Of a DNA stretch of 64,000 nucleotides, positions 50,528-64,000 are shown piece after piece. The stretch spans positions 19,034,001 through 19,098,000 of the forward strand of contig OX597815.1 of assembly GCA_951406725.2 (NCBI GenBank), read 5' to 3'. Origin of the DNA: Octopus vulgaris (taxonomy: Eukaryota). Numbering within the stretch: position 1 is the first letter of the stretch; each line of letters starts with the position of its first letter. The notes under the pieces were generated by a model, which ran no database searches, was not told the DNA's origin, and saw only the letters and a list, made by a program, of their open reading frames with translations. Position numbers and translations under genes: made by a program.

Positions 50528-53500
50528 CTGAATGCATACTAAACAACGATAAACAATAGCTATAGAAGAATATTTCTATTTCTCAAAGGTATGACACTGG
50601 TTTGTATAAAATGTGATTCGTTTATATCAGATTGCAAAATAGGATTCGATTAAAATGTCCCTTCCCTTCTGAATTATCATTATTGCATTACTCATCTACT
50701 AAACACAAAGGCTTTGTTCCCACTATACTTTATTCCGAAGTCTCTGAAATTTTATCTTAACATTTTCAACTAAGGAGTCTCCGTGAAAAACGTTACTCTG
50801 TAATCAGTATTTCGTTAAAATATATTGTTTATTACAAGCGCAAGCTAACACAATATTACACGTACTATACATATATACATGCGTAGTTGGTGCATACATA
50901 CACACATATAAAGAAAAACATACATGTATACATAGATGTGTGTGTATATGTATATATAGATATGTATGTATATATGTATATATATGTATAGATGTATAAT
51001 ACATATGTATTTATACACACACATTCACGAAGACATGCCCACACACGTACGCACACACACACGAAAACACACACATATAGAGCGACATGTATAAACACTC
51101 ACACTCATATATGTGTGTGTAGGGTCTGTGTGTGTGTATGTTTAAGGAACTATATGAGTTGATTTGAATGTATAAATGGATAGTTTCCTACCGATGAGAC
51201 TTTGTAATTGTTTGCACGAAAATATGTCTATCAGTAAGCATCATATTATTCCTTGAATTGCCACAAACATGAATGATCTATTGTGTTTTTTTCCGCTTTC
51301 AACATAATATAAGAATATAGAAGCCTCTTATCCCGATTCTGTGTGTTAACTAAACATTTAATCTCCTAAGTGACAGTAAGAATCCTGTTTATGTAATTAC
51401 ATTTCTGTAGATGAAAAATAACAGAACCTTTATTTATTATTTCTTCTGTTGGGTTGTTATGTAACATAATTAGAAAAGAAAATACGTATAAACTCGTTCT
51501 CTCGAAGTTATCTTTCCCTTATACCAATAAAGTTGTTCGATACACGTGTTTACCCACATGTAACTGTCTTTTCTTTTCTATTTCTGCCATTGACGAATAT
51601 AAAGTTATCGTTATATGGAAGAGGTTATATATATTTCGTATATAATTCTTCAATTATGATTGAAGTAAATAATCAGAGAAATATCATCTTGATTAAATTA
51701 TGACGTTAGGGTTCTGCATAATAAAAGAGTAGTATTTTTTTTATCTGTAAATAACTATTCGAGTAATCTCGGAAACATATGTGGACGAAATAAGTTGAGG
51801 GATATCTGTTTAAAACCTGCTCTATTACTAAGATATTTGATATTTGTGTGAGGTACGTATGAATAAACAATATTAAAGGAAATATAATGGAAATCCTGTA
51901 TTGTAATCTGCAATAGTGTAATAAATCGTTTGGCATTTAGATATGGAGCTTTCAAACTTAAATACAGAAGATATAGCAGATAATAAAATGATTTACGTAT
52001 GTAGAAATGCTAGAAAAACGAGAAAATACGGAGAAATAATTAGATTCTAAGATGTGCACACGTAAATCACTTGATATAATCCCCCCCCCCCACCAGTTCT
52101 TGCTGAGCTAGAGGCATGAAAGATAAAAATGGTCTCGAAAGGATTTGAATGCTCAAAGTAAAGTGATGAATCCAAATGCAATCAAGCATTTTTTAAATAA
52201 AAATATTAAAGTATAAACTGATTTCATGGCCTTCAGAACTTTCACCAAAAAATTATAAAATACTTGTGCAACTTTAAATTTGTATAGATTTAATTGTATA
52301 AATAGTAGAATTAATCTGTGAAAGAAAACGTGTAGGAATTTATTTCCTTTTAAACCAGATTTATTCTTGTGACTGTTTTTAACACATCTACTGTCATGGA
52401 CACGCTCAAAAACGGTGGCAACTGAATTTCAAATCCTGTGCCGTAAGTCATCTGTAGAAGAAAACTTACCCGAATAACGAGCAGTTAGCATATTCCATAA
52501 AATAATGTTGATGTAATTATAAAATTGTTTTAAAATTAATGAACATATGAAATTTATTGGCTATGGCATAACAAGTACATCATATTTCGAAATTTTATTT
52601 GCAGATTAATCACATCACAATCAAAACTGAAGTCATAAACAATTATATTTTCCATTTGCACTCGGGTTTATAACGATACAGAAACGATTGCTTCTAAATA
52701 GGCTATTTCTTTCAGTTATGTCTAATGTCTTATCACCAAATGTAAATAAATAAATACGATTAAATATACATAATAATATATAAAGTCACTAAATAACCAA
52801 TAGCCATATATCTAAAGTGTGACTAGAAATTGGGATGATAGTTGATTGTTAGTTTTGGGGAAGAATGTTAACAATTTATGGACAAATGTCTCATGAATAA
52901 GTTCAACAGCTATCAAAATAATGAAACTCGTCCTGATTGACGATACGATATGAGATTCAACTAAGTAATGAGAACGGATTTATATATAACCTCAGATACA
53001 TACATACATACACATGCCGGAATATCAGATTCCTCTTCAAAGATCACGAATCGAATACAAACTCACGAACTTCACTATATCGTTTTTGCCGACAGCCAAA
53101 CGCCAGTACCTTCGGACTCAGAGTTCTTTTCATATATTGAAATTAGATGACTATTCCTATTGGATCGTGAGGATGCTTAATTGACATTTCCAAGAATGTT
53201 AGTCATGTGAAAGAGAAAAAAATTAACAATACGCAACCAACACGCTTGCCTAATCGGGAAACAGTAACTACTCACACTAGGTTTAATCAAACGAATTGCA
53301 TAATTGTTAATCTGATTACTTGAATCTTAATTAGTACTTTTGATTGATAACGATAACAAATGAGGAATGTGAATAAAATACAACCTTTTATGATGAACCA
53401 CAGATACTACATAATATATAAACGTAGTTCACAAACGAAAGCACAAAATGCAGCTTGTCATCAATGTCATTGTAGAGGTGATCCTTCAGAAAATCCTTCA

Positions 53501-53581
53501 TACATAGATTTTATGCTATAGTGTGTTTGATAGAGGTAGCGAACCGTTATCTTAATTCCTCTACCTCTTCCACCTCCTCTG

Positions 53582-53614
<33 letters not shown>

Positions 53615-54023
53615 AATATATATATGTGTGTGTGTATGTGTGTTAACTTCCAATTTTAGTTACTTGGATCCTTTCGGTGAGAATGGAGCTGATTTATGTC
53701 GAAGATACAAAGCTCTAGCATTAGAATGTACATAACCAAAACAAGGACCAATATATTTTTTACTAATCCGATACAGGTTGTATTCGTAGTGTGAGTATTA
53801 GCGAGTAAATTTCATCAAGTATATCACATGGATATTTGTTAACCAAATGAAATGCACCAATAATTGCGGATATAAATGCGATTATATAATCCGGGTAGAG
53901 AATCAGCAGGTTTAGAAGCATCAGTCTGAAGTTATTTTCTTTCTGCTTGGTTTTCAAACAGATCTTCACATGCGCAAGCCTTCAACGGGCAGTCGTATAC
54001 ATGTATATATGTATGTATATATA

Positions 54024-54059
<36 letters not shown>

Positions 54060-54143
54060 TGTATGTATGTATGTATGTATTTATGTATGTATGCATGTAT
54101 GTATTCATTTATGTATGTATGTATGTATTTATGTATGTATGTA

Positions 54144-54222
<79 letters not shown>

Positions 54223-54228
<6 letters not shown>

Positions 54229-54368
54229 CAAGATGAGATAAAAAAAAATCCTAGGCTGAGAAAGATTTCAGAACATATATAAAGAGAAAGTCTTACAGCT
54301 GTTTCCGGGGATAAATGTTCTGAAATATTTCACAGCCTTGGATTTTTTATTATCTCATTCTGTTAATT
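54223..54368. repeat. Fold-back inverted repeat (~55 bp arms) next to (TA)n, with ttacagctgtttc in the loop
   Basis: aattaacaagatgagataaaaaaaaatcctaggctgagaaagatttcagaacat / atgttctgaaatatttcacagccttggattttttattatctcattctgttaatt. Confidence 0.8.
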
Positions 54369-55796
54369 TTTTACATATATGCATGCTAATATATGGCCTT
54401 CGTTGGACTCCTCATTCGCACAATCACCGAAGCTGGAGCTTAACTATAGTATGTCCATACCACTTACTCACCATTACCTGACACACTTGGGTCTTTTTGA
54501 CACCATTACCTCTCATAACTTCAAAGATGTTTCCAGAATTTTGTTTTGTGTTACAGTTGAAATGAATCTAGAAAAATATTTTATTAGTGAACCAGCAGTG
54601 CAAATCACGCTTTTTCTAACCACTAATAATTAGTATCTTCTATAAAATATGATTTGCAAGATTTGCACAACCTGCAATATAAGCACTCAAGAACGAACTT
54701 GTTAAATGGCTTCTATTTACGAAAGGACTACAAAAACATTATTCATTTCCACCATTTACGCATCCTAGAAGTTGTCGTCTAACGGCTCCGGTCGATACAT
54801 TAAAAAATACACAGTACGTTAAGTCTGGTAATCTTTACGTACATGAGACTGATACTGTTTCTTCACTGGAAACATGTTTGAACAGCTTTTTGACTGAATT
54901 ACATAAAGAACAGTTAATAAATATTTCGGAGAAAAGTACATAATGAATGAGTGAGAAACTTCATTAGAAATTGCTTTGTACACACATTCTGTCGTGTAGT
55001 TATTGACATTCGGTGATAATTAAAGTTATACATTCTAGAAACTACTAAAACGGAACGCAGGAGTAAATAAAGTATTTATACGATTGGTATAAAAGTTTCA
55101 TTTAAATTCCATATAAATAATAGCACAGTCTTGTAATTATCTATTACCAATATCACACAACTATTAGGTATTTTGCATTTTTGATGTTTTACTTATTCAA
55201 AAGTCTTTCATATTATAAGTAAATGATCCTTACAGTGTAAAAGACAAATAGTATTATTTGTACGCGTGCACAACTGAATGTACAGTAACTATAAATAAAT
55301 GGATAAATAAATACGTACGCATTGGAATGTCTGTGCAGCAGAGCGGTAGCGATTGTCCATAAACTGGTCGTAAACCAAACCGAAGTAAATCTCACCACAA
55401 CAAAATTCAATTTACACGCACATACACACATAAACACATACACACAATAGAGATAATTTTGTGGCACCCGTCACATGTATCCACCCGATGCATTTTAATC
55501 ATATATGCTTGCATCTCCGATAAACACACGAGTTCTTTGCCCAAGACAATTCGAACAGATAAATTACACTGGACACTATAATACAGAGTGAACACTACAC
55601 GGGACTATTTCTTGCAGATTTGTAAGTTAACCACTCTACCCAAGACTTGTATTGAGTACTTCCTTGAACTAGGGTTTATATGCAGACATATCTCAGCACA
55701 CATATCCGTATACTTGTCAGTGAGACAGAATGCAAAACAATCTACAATGCAGGTCATATAATATATTGAAATCCAAATATATATATATATATATAT

Positions 55797-55950
55797 AGGG
55801 CTTCTTTCAGTTTCCGTCTACCAAATCCACTTACAAGACTTTGGTCAGCCTGAGGCTATAGTAGAAGACACTTGTCCAAGTTACCACACAGTGAGACTGA
55901 ACCCGGTACCATATGGTTGGTAAGCAAACTACTTACCACACAGCCACTCG
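55797..55950 (-). mobile_element. SINE family B head half between (TA)n tracts
   Basis: gggcttctttcagtttccgtctaccaaatccac...aggctatagtagaagacacttg...cttaccacacagccactc. Confidence 0.85.
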
Positions 55951-56005
<55 letters not shown>

Positions 56006-57209
56006 TACTGCAGGAGTTTGAACGCATCAAGTTTCAAAATTTTTGCGTAAGCAATTCCTGATATGCAGGCATAACATCACCATTTAAACTGTTATATTGA
56101 AAAAAGCTATCATGATATTTATTTTCTAATTTTAGATTTTTTCTTAGTTATCTCTGATGTTGATTGACAATCTATAATGAATTAAATACAAAATTTCTTC
56201 CGTATAAATTGTATGTTCAAATGTATTATGATAATATCTGCGCCCGAGCAGAATATTGGAGAAAAAGCAAATGCAAATTTGAAGGGGGAAAAAAGGCAAT
56301 TTTAAAATAGAACAAGATGGTTATGGGAATTTGTATGAAATTTCATATATATGCTTATATGCACATATAATCATATACATGCATACACATGTATATATAC
56401 ATACATATATGTATATATATATTACATACTTGCATGCATAAAGTGTTGCTATTTATATTCCTTTTGCAGAAGTTTTATGCTTTCTACTTTTTATCTGCTT
56501 AAATCTACCAATTTAAATGTTTCTGGAAACAGATGGCTCTTTAAATCATTATTAAAGTTTCATAGATCCACTGTGAATAGTTTGAGAAACATGTGCCTAT
56601 CTACAAAGGACTGAAATCGCTAAATATTCTTGGTAATATATTGGTGCTTAACATTATGGAACAAAAGAGAACCTGCCAGCATACAGCTGTCTTTGCTGCC
56701 ACTTTATATATATTATTTACTTTTCTTATATATTTTTTGGCAGAGTAAGGATTGATTCGTTTTATGATATCACAAACTAAACCACAATCAGTATTCAGTT
56801 CCGTTGAAATCCACTGGGAGATCTAAGAAGAGTGAATTCCAAAAACAACATACCTATAATAAATATGATGAAAATTAAGGATATCAAATTTAAATTACTA
56901 GGAAGAGATAAAAAAAAAAACTTCACGCTAAATACACAAAAATCTTCACAGTAAATACACATACAGATATTTCTATACTATTGTAAAAATATATATTCAT
57001 GTTTACATAGTGAGAATTACGAATACTGCCTGTTCCAAATTATGACGATAAACTGTCTTGTGATTGTCGTCCAATGATAGTCGTTTGCTTCTGTTATTTT
57101 ATTTCAAACTGGCCTCACATTTTCTTTATCCACCCTGTTAATAAGTGGTTGATGTATGTTACATATATTGTTTATATTCTGTGAGAAGTGAAAGTCAGAA
57201 AGACACACA

Positions 57210-57250
<41 letters not shown>

Positions 57251-57454
57251 TTATATATATATATATAAATAAATATAATCTTCAGTTAAACCATGTCTGA
57301 CATCTGTCAAGGTTCCTTGATACGTAAATGTGCAATAGCATGAATTACCTACAATAAGAGTAGCTATATAATACTGTAATAATTACATGTAAATGTGTGT
57401 GTATAATGTGTCCACGACAAAAAGTGTATACACACAGTAAATGTTTATAAAGTC

Positions 57455-58600
57455 AGTGTTATCCAAATACATTTGATGGAGTCTACTCCCAAAATTTAAT
57501 TTTTATAACTCCGTTTTCAAAGTGTTGACAGTTCTTCTCCAGGTACCACTGATTGCGCGAAGCTATGGAATCTTAAATATAAAGAAACATTCATTTTGAA
57601 ATTTCTGCACATTTTTGTCCAATGACTTCTGCATTTTTGTGCCATAAAATCTTTGTCTTACAAGTAAACCCATAATAAAGTATATTGGTGAGAGGTTGGG
57701 TAAAAGCGTATGATATTCAACTGAACCTCTTCGTCCAAACCAATTGTCTAGCACAATCTCATCAAGATAGGCACTTATATCACTATGGCAGAGTGGGAGA
57801 GTCCCCCTTGCACCAAATATAAATCCACAATTTCAAAATCATTTTGAATAATTGGTATGACAGATTGTCCCAGGAAGTTCAAGTTATGAGATCCAGTTAT
57901 ACTGTACTATCAAAAAAGCGCGATCTAATTATTATTATTATTATTATTATTATTATTTTTTTGCTGAACATCCGCACAATACTGTAACTACTGATAAATT
58001 TACATTATTTTCAGATCAGCAATAGGTGAAATTGTGGCGGCTAGTTGATCCACTTAATATAAATGTAACTTTGTTATTCCAAATAATATCCGACTAAAGA
58101 CCAGTCACAAAACCCCGCTCTCCACTCAGTATCATCTTGGAATATAACTTTTCAGATGTCAGAGCTTCAAAATACGTTGTACGCTTGATTTCAAAATCCT
58201 CATCTCCCGTCTCAGGTGACACTCAAAATTTCTTGAACTGATGTTTCTGGTCTTCTAGGATGTTATTTGTGAACATTCTGAACAGTTTATTCTGCTTAAA
58301 TCTTATCTGTCATTCGAATGGTAGTGATTCGAATAGGTTTGCCTGTTTGGAAGTCCATCCCGAACTATATTTGCACTTCGACTGGGAGCTTCTACAGGGT
58401 CACTCTACATGGTCACTCGAGCAGCGAGAAATATTTGCCAAATTTTCCTTAGATCCCACCTTAACATTCAAGGGCGCAATAGATAATGCAGTCCTAGATA
58501 TTTTATGCCTCGATCGAAAATTGGTTTAGTCTCAGCTCTGCTTCATCAGGTCTAACCTGGATTTACTTTACCACAAACTATATTTTGGATACACTTTCCT
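57455..58600 (-). pseudogene. Decayed Tc1/mariner-superfamily transposon (DUF4817-type)
   Basis: TVQNVHK*HPRRP (HTH/GRP-like), IIWNNKVTFILSGSTSRHNFTY (SDEAxFxLxGxVNRHN-like), AYLDEIVLDNWFGRRGSVEYHTLLPNLSPIYF (WIGRRG..WPxRSPDLTPLDF-like); weak TIR similarity gtgt(t)atccaaa at both ends. Confidence 0.7.
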
Positions 58601-58628
58601 TTATTCATCTTACACCTTACTATGTGCA

Positions 58629-58647
58629 TCTGTATATAAAAGGGAAG

Positions 58648-58680
<33 letters not shown>

Positions 58681-59430
58681 TGAATGTAATTTATGCACGT
58701 CCACAAATTAGCACGCATGTCGCTCCAATTTTACGAGGACATTCGTCATGATCCCAGCTGTATTTTCGTCAACTTATTTTCCCCAGAGGCACCAGCGAAT
58801 AGCAGTAAAAATTAATTTTCAACCAAAACTGGTTTTTTCAAAGGGCTGGCTTGTGCAACTTGATCACCTCTGCCGATCAAACTCCCAACCCATGCGCTTC
58901 CGTCTCGACATCGATTCTGCAGAACTGGGTTGGGTGTGAAAACCAACTTTAAAGTATAAATATAGATGTTTTTGAATCAGCAATATTGTGTTCGGTGAAG
59001 TCCTATTTGGGGTGAAAAATCGATAAACTGATTCCTTATGGGGTTTCCCATTTAATCTGGATACAATCTGGATAAGATTTCCCAATAAAATTAGCTTCAT
59101 CCCATTTTCAACCAAAACTTTCACTAATTTTGATGTATTTTGTTCAAACGTGATGCCAGCATTACGTAGGGATCATGGCATTTTTGAATGCTTTAATTTC
59201 TCCAAAAACGAAAACAAAAATCTATGAATGGAAAAAAAATCGATAAACCGATTCCTTATGGAATTACCCAATCAAGTTGGCTGCAATTCATTTTCAGCCA
59301 AAAGTTTACCAATTTAAAGGGGTATCGCCCAAATTTGACGTCGATCTAACTTTATTTGGTTTTAAATAAAGAACTTGCTTAGCTTAATAATCCTAACGTT
59401 ATCCCGTGCAAAGCCGGGCTATGCTGCTAG
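58629..59430 (+). mobile_element. Non-autonomous Helitron with canonical termini
   Basis: A|TCTGTATATAAAA 5' end followed by (TG)n; 3' hairpin CCCGtgcaaagcCGGG (59403-59418), then CTAG|T (59427-59430); internal duplicated aaaaatcgataaac(t/c)gattccttatgg block; no TSD. Confidence 0.85.
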
Positions 59431-59937
59431 TCATCGATATGTCATCTACGTACTTTCTTAGCACCAAATCCAATTCTCCCAAAATTTCTAATATCTTTTC
59501 ATTTACTATAAAATTCTATTCCTTTTGACCATTTGCTTCGAGTTTTCTCGTATTTTAACAAAATTTCTTTATCAATTCAATGTTTAGCTGCATCAGATCT
59601 GCTTCATTCTAAAACCAATATTTTACAGTTCTCACAATATTATTTGTACTCTTTTATGTTCTTTGAGATTCAGAGCAGTATAGCAACTGATATGATTGAT
59701 ATATTCAAGGGTAATATGACCATTGCATGTAGTATTTAATAAACCTTTTGTGATTGAGAGATTGTTGATTCCTATTTTAGCAAATATAACGGATGACATA
59801 AAAACTTTCTGAACGCATATTTCTAAGTTTTGATTTATGCTTTGTCGTAAATGAACCTCGAAATATATACATAAATATATATATGTGTGTGTATATATTA
59901 TTGTATATGTCATATATGCATACGCACACACACGCAC

Positions 59938-60017
<80 letters not shown>

Positions 60018-60151
60018 GCGCAAGCACACATATATCCTTATAAAATATGTACTGTCTTATGATTACTCAATATTGAACAAAGGAAAAATGATTAGATATA
60101 AATGAATAAGAATACATAACACACTTACACACGCATACATAGATGCATACC

Positions 60152-60195
<44 letters not shown>

Positions 60196-60237
60196 AAGAT
60201 ATATATGTATATATATATACATACAAAGATATATATG

Positions 60238-60295
<58 letters not shown>

Positions 60296-60464
60296 TTGGT
60301 GTGTATTTCACGCTGGATTGTTAGCCTTTATGATAAGGTAGGTAAATCTTCAAGGAAACAAACAAGCACTCAACCACCTACCCAGCACGAGATAAAGATA
60401 AGGAGACAGAGAAATAGGAAAGAGCCAAGTGCCACATAACTGGATAAAACGACTGGTAGAAAGT

Positions 60465-60542
<78 letters not shown>
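60465..60542. repeat. (GATA)n microsatellite
   Basis: Directly visible. Confidence 0.95.
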
Positions 60543-60989
60543 TAAGGGGAGAATGGAAAGAGAGAGAGAGAGAACGAGAGAGATCGAAGGCTAAAGAGAA
60601 CGCCTGATAAATATGTAAAGGGAGTGAGCGGTAGTTAGATCAGAATTTTATGCTCATAGTTTCATTAAATTCGTGATCTATCAGTTTTATGTATTCTCTT
60701 CAAAATTTTCGTATCCATTTCAGCAATATTCACAATGATTTTTTTTGCTATTTTAAAAGCAAAACGTATTGATTTTGACATCAGTTCATTGTTAACGAAC
60801 CTTTAATAACATACCGCCTGCCCCAAATAACTTCTTTCGTACATGTCTTACTTCTATTAATGTATATTGCATTGACTCTTAGTCTATTTTCTGCTTGTAT
60901 CTCGAATCTAATTCTTACTTCTTCCTAATTCTCTTTAACGTTATTACTTTTATTTATTTATTTATTTAAGCAGTTATCTATTTATTTAT

Positions 60990-61009
60990 TTATTTATTTG
61001 TTATTATTA

Positions 61010-61043
<34 letters not shown>

Positions 61044-61112
61044 CATCATCATCATCATCATCAACATCATCATCATCATCATCATCATCACCATCGCCAT
61101 CACCATCACCAC

Positions 61113-61181
<69 letters not shown>

Positions 61182-61212
61182 TATTATTATTATTATCATT
61201 ATTATTATTATT
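60990..61212. repeat. Compound (ATT)n-(ATC)n-(ATT)n microsatellite
   Basis: Directly visible. Confidence 0.95.
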
Positions 61213-61929
61213 GGAAATGCCTATGATGGACGTGTCTTATGCGAGCACGTGAGTTTCTGTAAAAGGTATCAGAATACTTTCCAAATTGGAAATTTTGTGA
61301 ATGTGAATAAGAGCGTGTCTGCATGTGTGTGCGTTGTGTGTGTGTTTGTGTGTATCTGCATGGGTATGTGTGCATCTGCATGCATGCATGTGTGTGTGGC
61401 GTGTTGTGTTACTGTGGATAAGTTACCCGTAGAGATGAGAATTTTTTTCTTGTGTAATTTCTATGTTTAGCGAGAGGATACTTTACATTTTGTCATTTTT
61501 TTGCATCAGATTAACATTTATAAATGTTAAAAATTTATACATATGCTGTAGGAGGGGAATCCAACAATGATTGTAGCAAAATTTACGCCCGCAGGAAAGG
61601 AAATAAATTGTACGTATTTTTAAAATTGGCAAAGGGGAAAAGAAAATTGACAAAACGATTACAAAAAAAAAACACTATGGCATCTTGACATATGCAAGTG
61701 GCGATAAGCATTAAATTAAAAACATCGATTAGGAGAAGGTAGTTATTCTTTGACCTATTCTTAACGACAATATCTGCTAGATTTTGCCTTAATCTTTGTG
61801 TTTCTGCCTATTGGCATATCCTAAATCATGACATTTTTTTGCCATTCTCAGAGATCTTTTTTGCTGTTAGCATATAGAATGTCATTTCTACTGGTATTTC
61901 ATAATTCTCGCATAACTTTAAAAATTTAT

Positions 61930-62207
61930 TAAAGTTTATATGTCAATAGACTGTAGCAGTCCTATAAAGGAATAAATGTTACTATTTTTTTAGCACCAGA
62001 ATATCTTTTCCACACTCTGTGATCGTATAGCATTTGCAAGGGAGGGCATTGCACCCATTTCTAGAGCAATGACCTTCTTTGCAAATGCTATACGGACACA
62101 AACTGTGTGTGTCGATGGCTAACTGGTAAAGATGTTTTCCAGGTGCTAAAACATCAGTAACATCGTCCTTTATAGGACTGCCACATTCTGTTGGCATATA
62201 AACTTTA
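61930..62207. mobile_element. ~280 bp fold-back (MITE-like) palindrome
   Basis: taaagtttatatgtcaatagactgtagcagtcctataaagg...ttagcacc...cgtatagcatttgcaag...cattgc / gcaatg...tttgcaaatgctatacg...ggtgctaa...cctttataggactgccacattctgttggcatataaacttta. Confidence 0.8.
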
Positions 62208-62299
62208 CTATTCGATACTGTTACTGTATATCTCACACTCAGAGATTTAAAGCAAGTTGTTTTCTCTATTATATATATATATATATATATGTCACAAAG

Positions 62300-63445
62300 C
62301 TTACATACCCAGCCTTTGCTTTCGTCAGAATCAGTGTTGTTAGTGGTATCATACACTGTACAAAGTCTCTTTGGAAGATGCCTCTCCTGATTTCTATTGT
62401 CCCTAAACTTCCATACGCTGTCAGTGCAGTCCTCCAATTCACCATACTTTTTCCAAGCAATCGCTCAACATTCGATGCAATACCAAAGAGGTTCATACAT
62501 TTCACAATCCAAGAATATAGGATCATATCGTATGCCTTACGATAATCGACCAATGCCATGGCTAACATAGTTTTCCTCCTCTTGCAATCTCTAAGTGCAG
62601 ATTTGTCTACCAGGAATTTATCCTTGGCATCTTTACACCTACGCTTGCAACCCTTCTGCTCATGTGGCAGGACTCCATTTTTTCCAGATGTTCGTACATT
62701 GGACTCTGCAACTAGCCCAGTCAATAATTTCCACATAAATGGCAAGCAGGATATCGGCCTCTAATTGTCTACCGTATTGCCTTTTCTCTGTTTTGCAAAC
62801 ACAGCACTCTCCTACACATTGTCAGCTAATCTGGCGCTAACTGGTCAGCATTTAATATGGTGTTGACATTCACCAAATCTTTTGATCCAGTAGCCTTGAA
62901 CTCCATCTGGTCCCAGGGCCTTCTGTTGCCCATTTTTGTTTTTTTGGGGTTTTTTTTTTGCTGATTTCCTTCACTTGCCTAACTGAAATGATTGCTTCTG
63001 CCTGTTGTGGACATACTACAGTTTATTTCATTTCTTGCAACCATTCAACATCCTTCTTGTGCTCTTTATCTTTGCTCCAGATGTCACTCGAAAACCTTTG
63101 GCTTTCAATTATCTGTTATCAGCTTTTCATCTGTACATTCTCCATTTATTTCTTTGTAGAATCTCTTCTGATCAACTCTGAATAACCTATTCTGATGGTA
63201 TCCCTTCATTCTTTGGTCGTATCTTACCATCTTTGCTTTCTTTGCAACGGTGCGCTGTTTCTGTTCCTCTACTACTACTTTCAGGCCCTTTCTTTCAATA
63301 TTATACTTCCCTTTCAGCGCCAGGTATTTTTGTTTGCTTTTAAGCCCCCCTTTCTCTTTTCGGTCTAACACAGAGATTTCCTTCGAGAGCATGACTAACC
63401 CTGCCTGTATTCTTCTTTTCCACCATGGATCTTTTCTTTTGTCCC
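62300..63445 (-). pseudogene. R4/Dong-clade non-LTR retrotransposon RT fragment
   Basis: PWWKRRIQ...QNRLFRVDQKRFYKEING; GPDGVQGYWIK; [15 protein letters not shown]...[10 protein letters not shown]...[22 protein letters not shown]...[20 protein letters not shown]...AKAGY; truncated at (TA)n. Confidence 0.88.
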
Positions 63446-64000
63446 GTTCAGTGCCCTGTATTATTGTATTTTTGTCCAGAGTTGTCCAGATGCTGATTTT
63501 GTTGCTTTGTTAGACCTTTTCTGAGGTTGTTCCTTCGCCGACCATATTTCTTGATAGTAGGAACTTGAACCATCTACTACGTATCTTGAACTATCTACTA
63601 CGTATCTCCAATCGAATTTAACTTCTGCTCAATGTTTACGATAAATCAAATATTAACAGGTATCTTAGGTTTATTCTCTGACGTCTTAGCTCAAATATAA
63701 ACTATTTTGTCAAAAAGAAATTTATCATTATTTCTTACTTCCAAAATTTCTGTTATAAAAATAGCAATATTTATTTTAGATTTAAAATTTTTTTTAAATA
63801 TGGCAGCAAGCCCTAACAACTGACAACTATTGCATAGTGGTAGAGCTTTGGTGTTAAGTGTAATTCGCATCTGTACTTTAACTAATATAGTAGCAACAGT
63901 TGCAAACATAGCTAATAATCAACTAGCAATTCTCGAATTCCAATAAACGTCTTTATCTGTATCAAATTCATCATTTGTTTCTTTTTCATTTATTACATAT

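Noticed and set aside
52359-52442. Strong acceptor/donor pair on +
   Set aside because: Stops in all three frames; at most a non-coding exon, which the sequence alone cannot support.
61982-62437. 151-aa Cys-rich ORF
   Set aside because: Chimera of an off-frame Dong RT piece, (TA)n and the fold-back palindrome.

Overview
Eukaryotic, very AT-rich, microsatellite-dense DNA. The repeat content (tRNA-derived and CORE-type SINEs, (TA)n/(TACA)n/(GATA)n tracts, CR1, R4/Dong, RTE and Penelope remnants) suggests an Octopus-like cephalopod genome; this is inferred, not proven. I find no intact multi-exon gene, and almost all ORFs in the track are microsatellite artefacts. The window is mostly decayed mobile DNA: three mariner remnants, one Tc1-like (DUF4817-type) remnant, a Merlin-like internal-deletion element plus a partial local duplicate, a Helitron Rep/helicase pseudogene, a non-autonomous Helitron with intact ends, several CR1 pieces, an R4/Dong RT fragment, a Penelope-like fragment and over 20 SINE copies. 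Several insertions are nested and have readable target-site duplications (TSDs). The most interesting signals are (i) several type I hammerhead-ribozyme-like motifs, probably Penelope/retrozyme-associated, together with long fold-back palindromes next to (TA)n tracts, and (ii) a SINE family that inserts as head+(~185 bp unit)n multimers inside a single TSD. A few isolated candidate exons may belong to a host gene with long introns. All protein similarities were recognised by eye from motifs; no database search was run.
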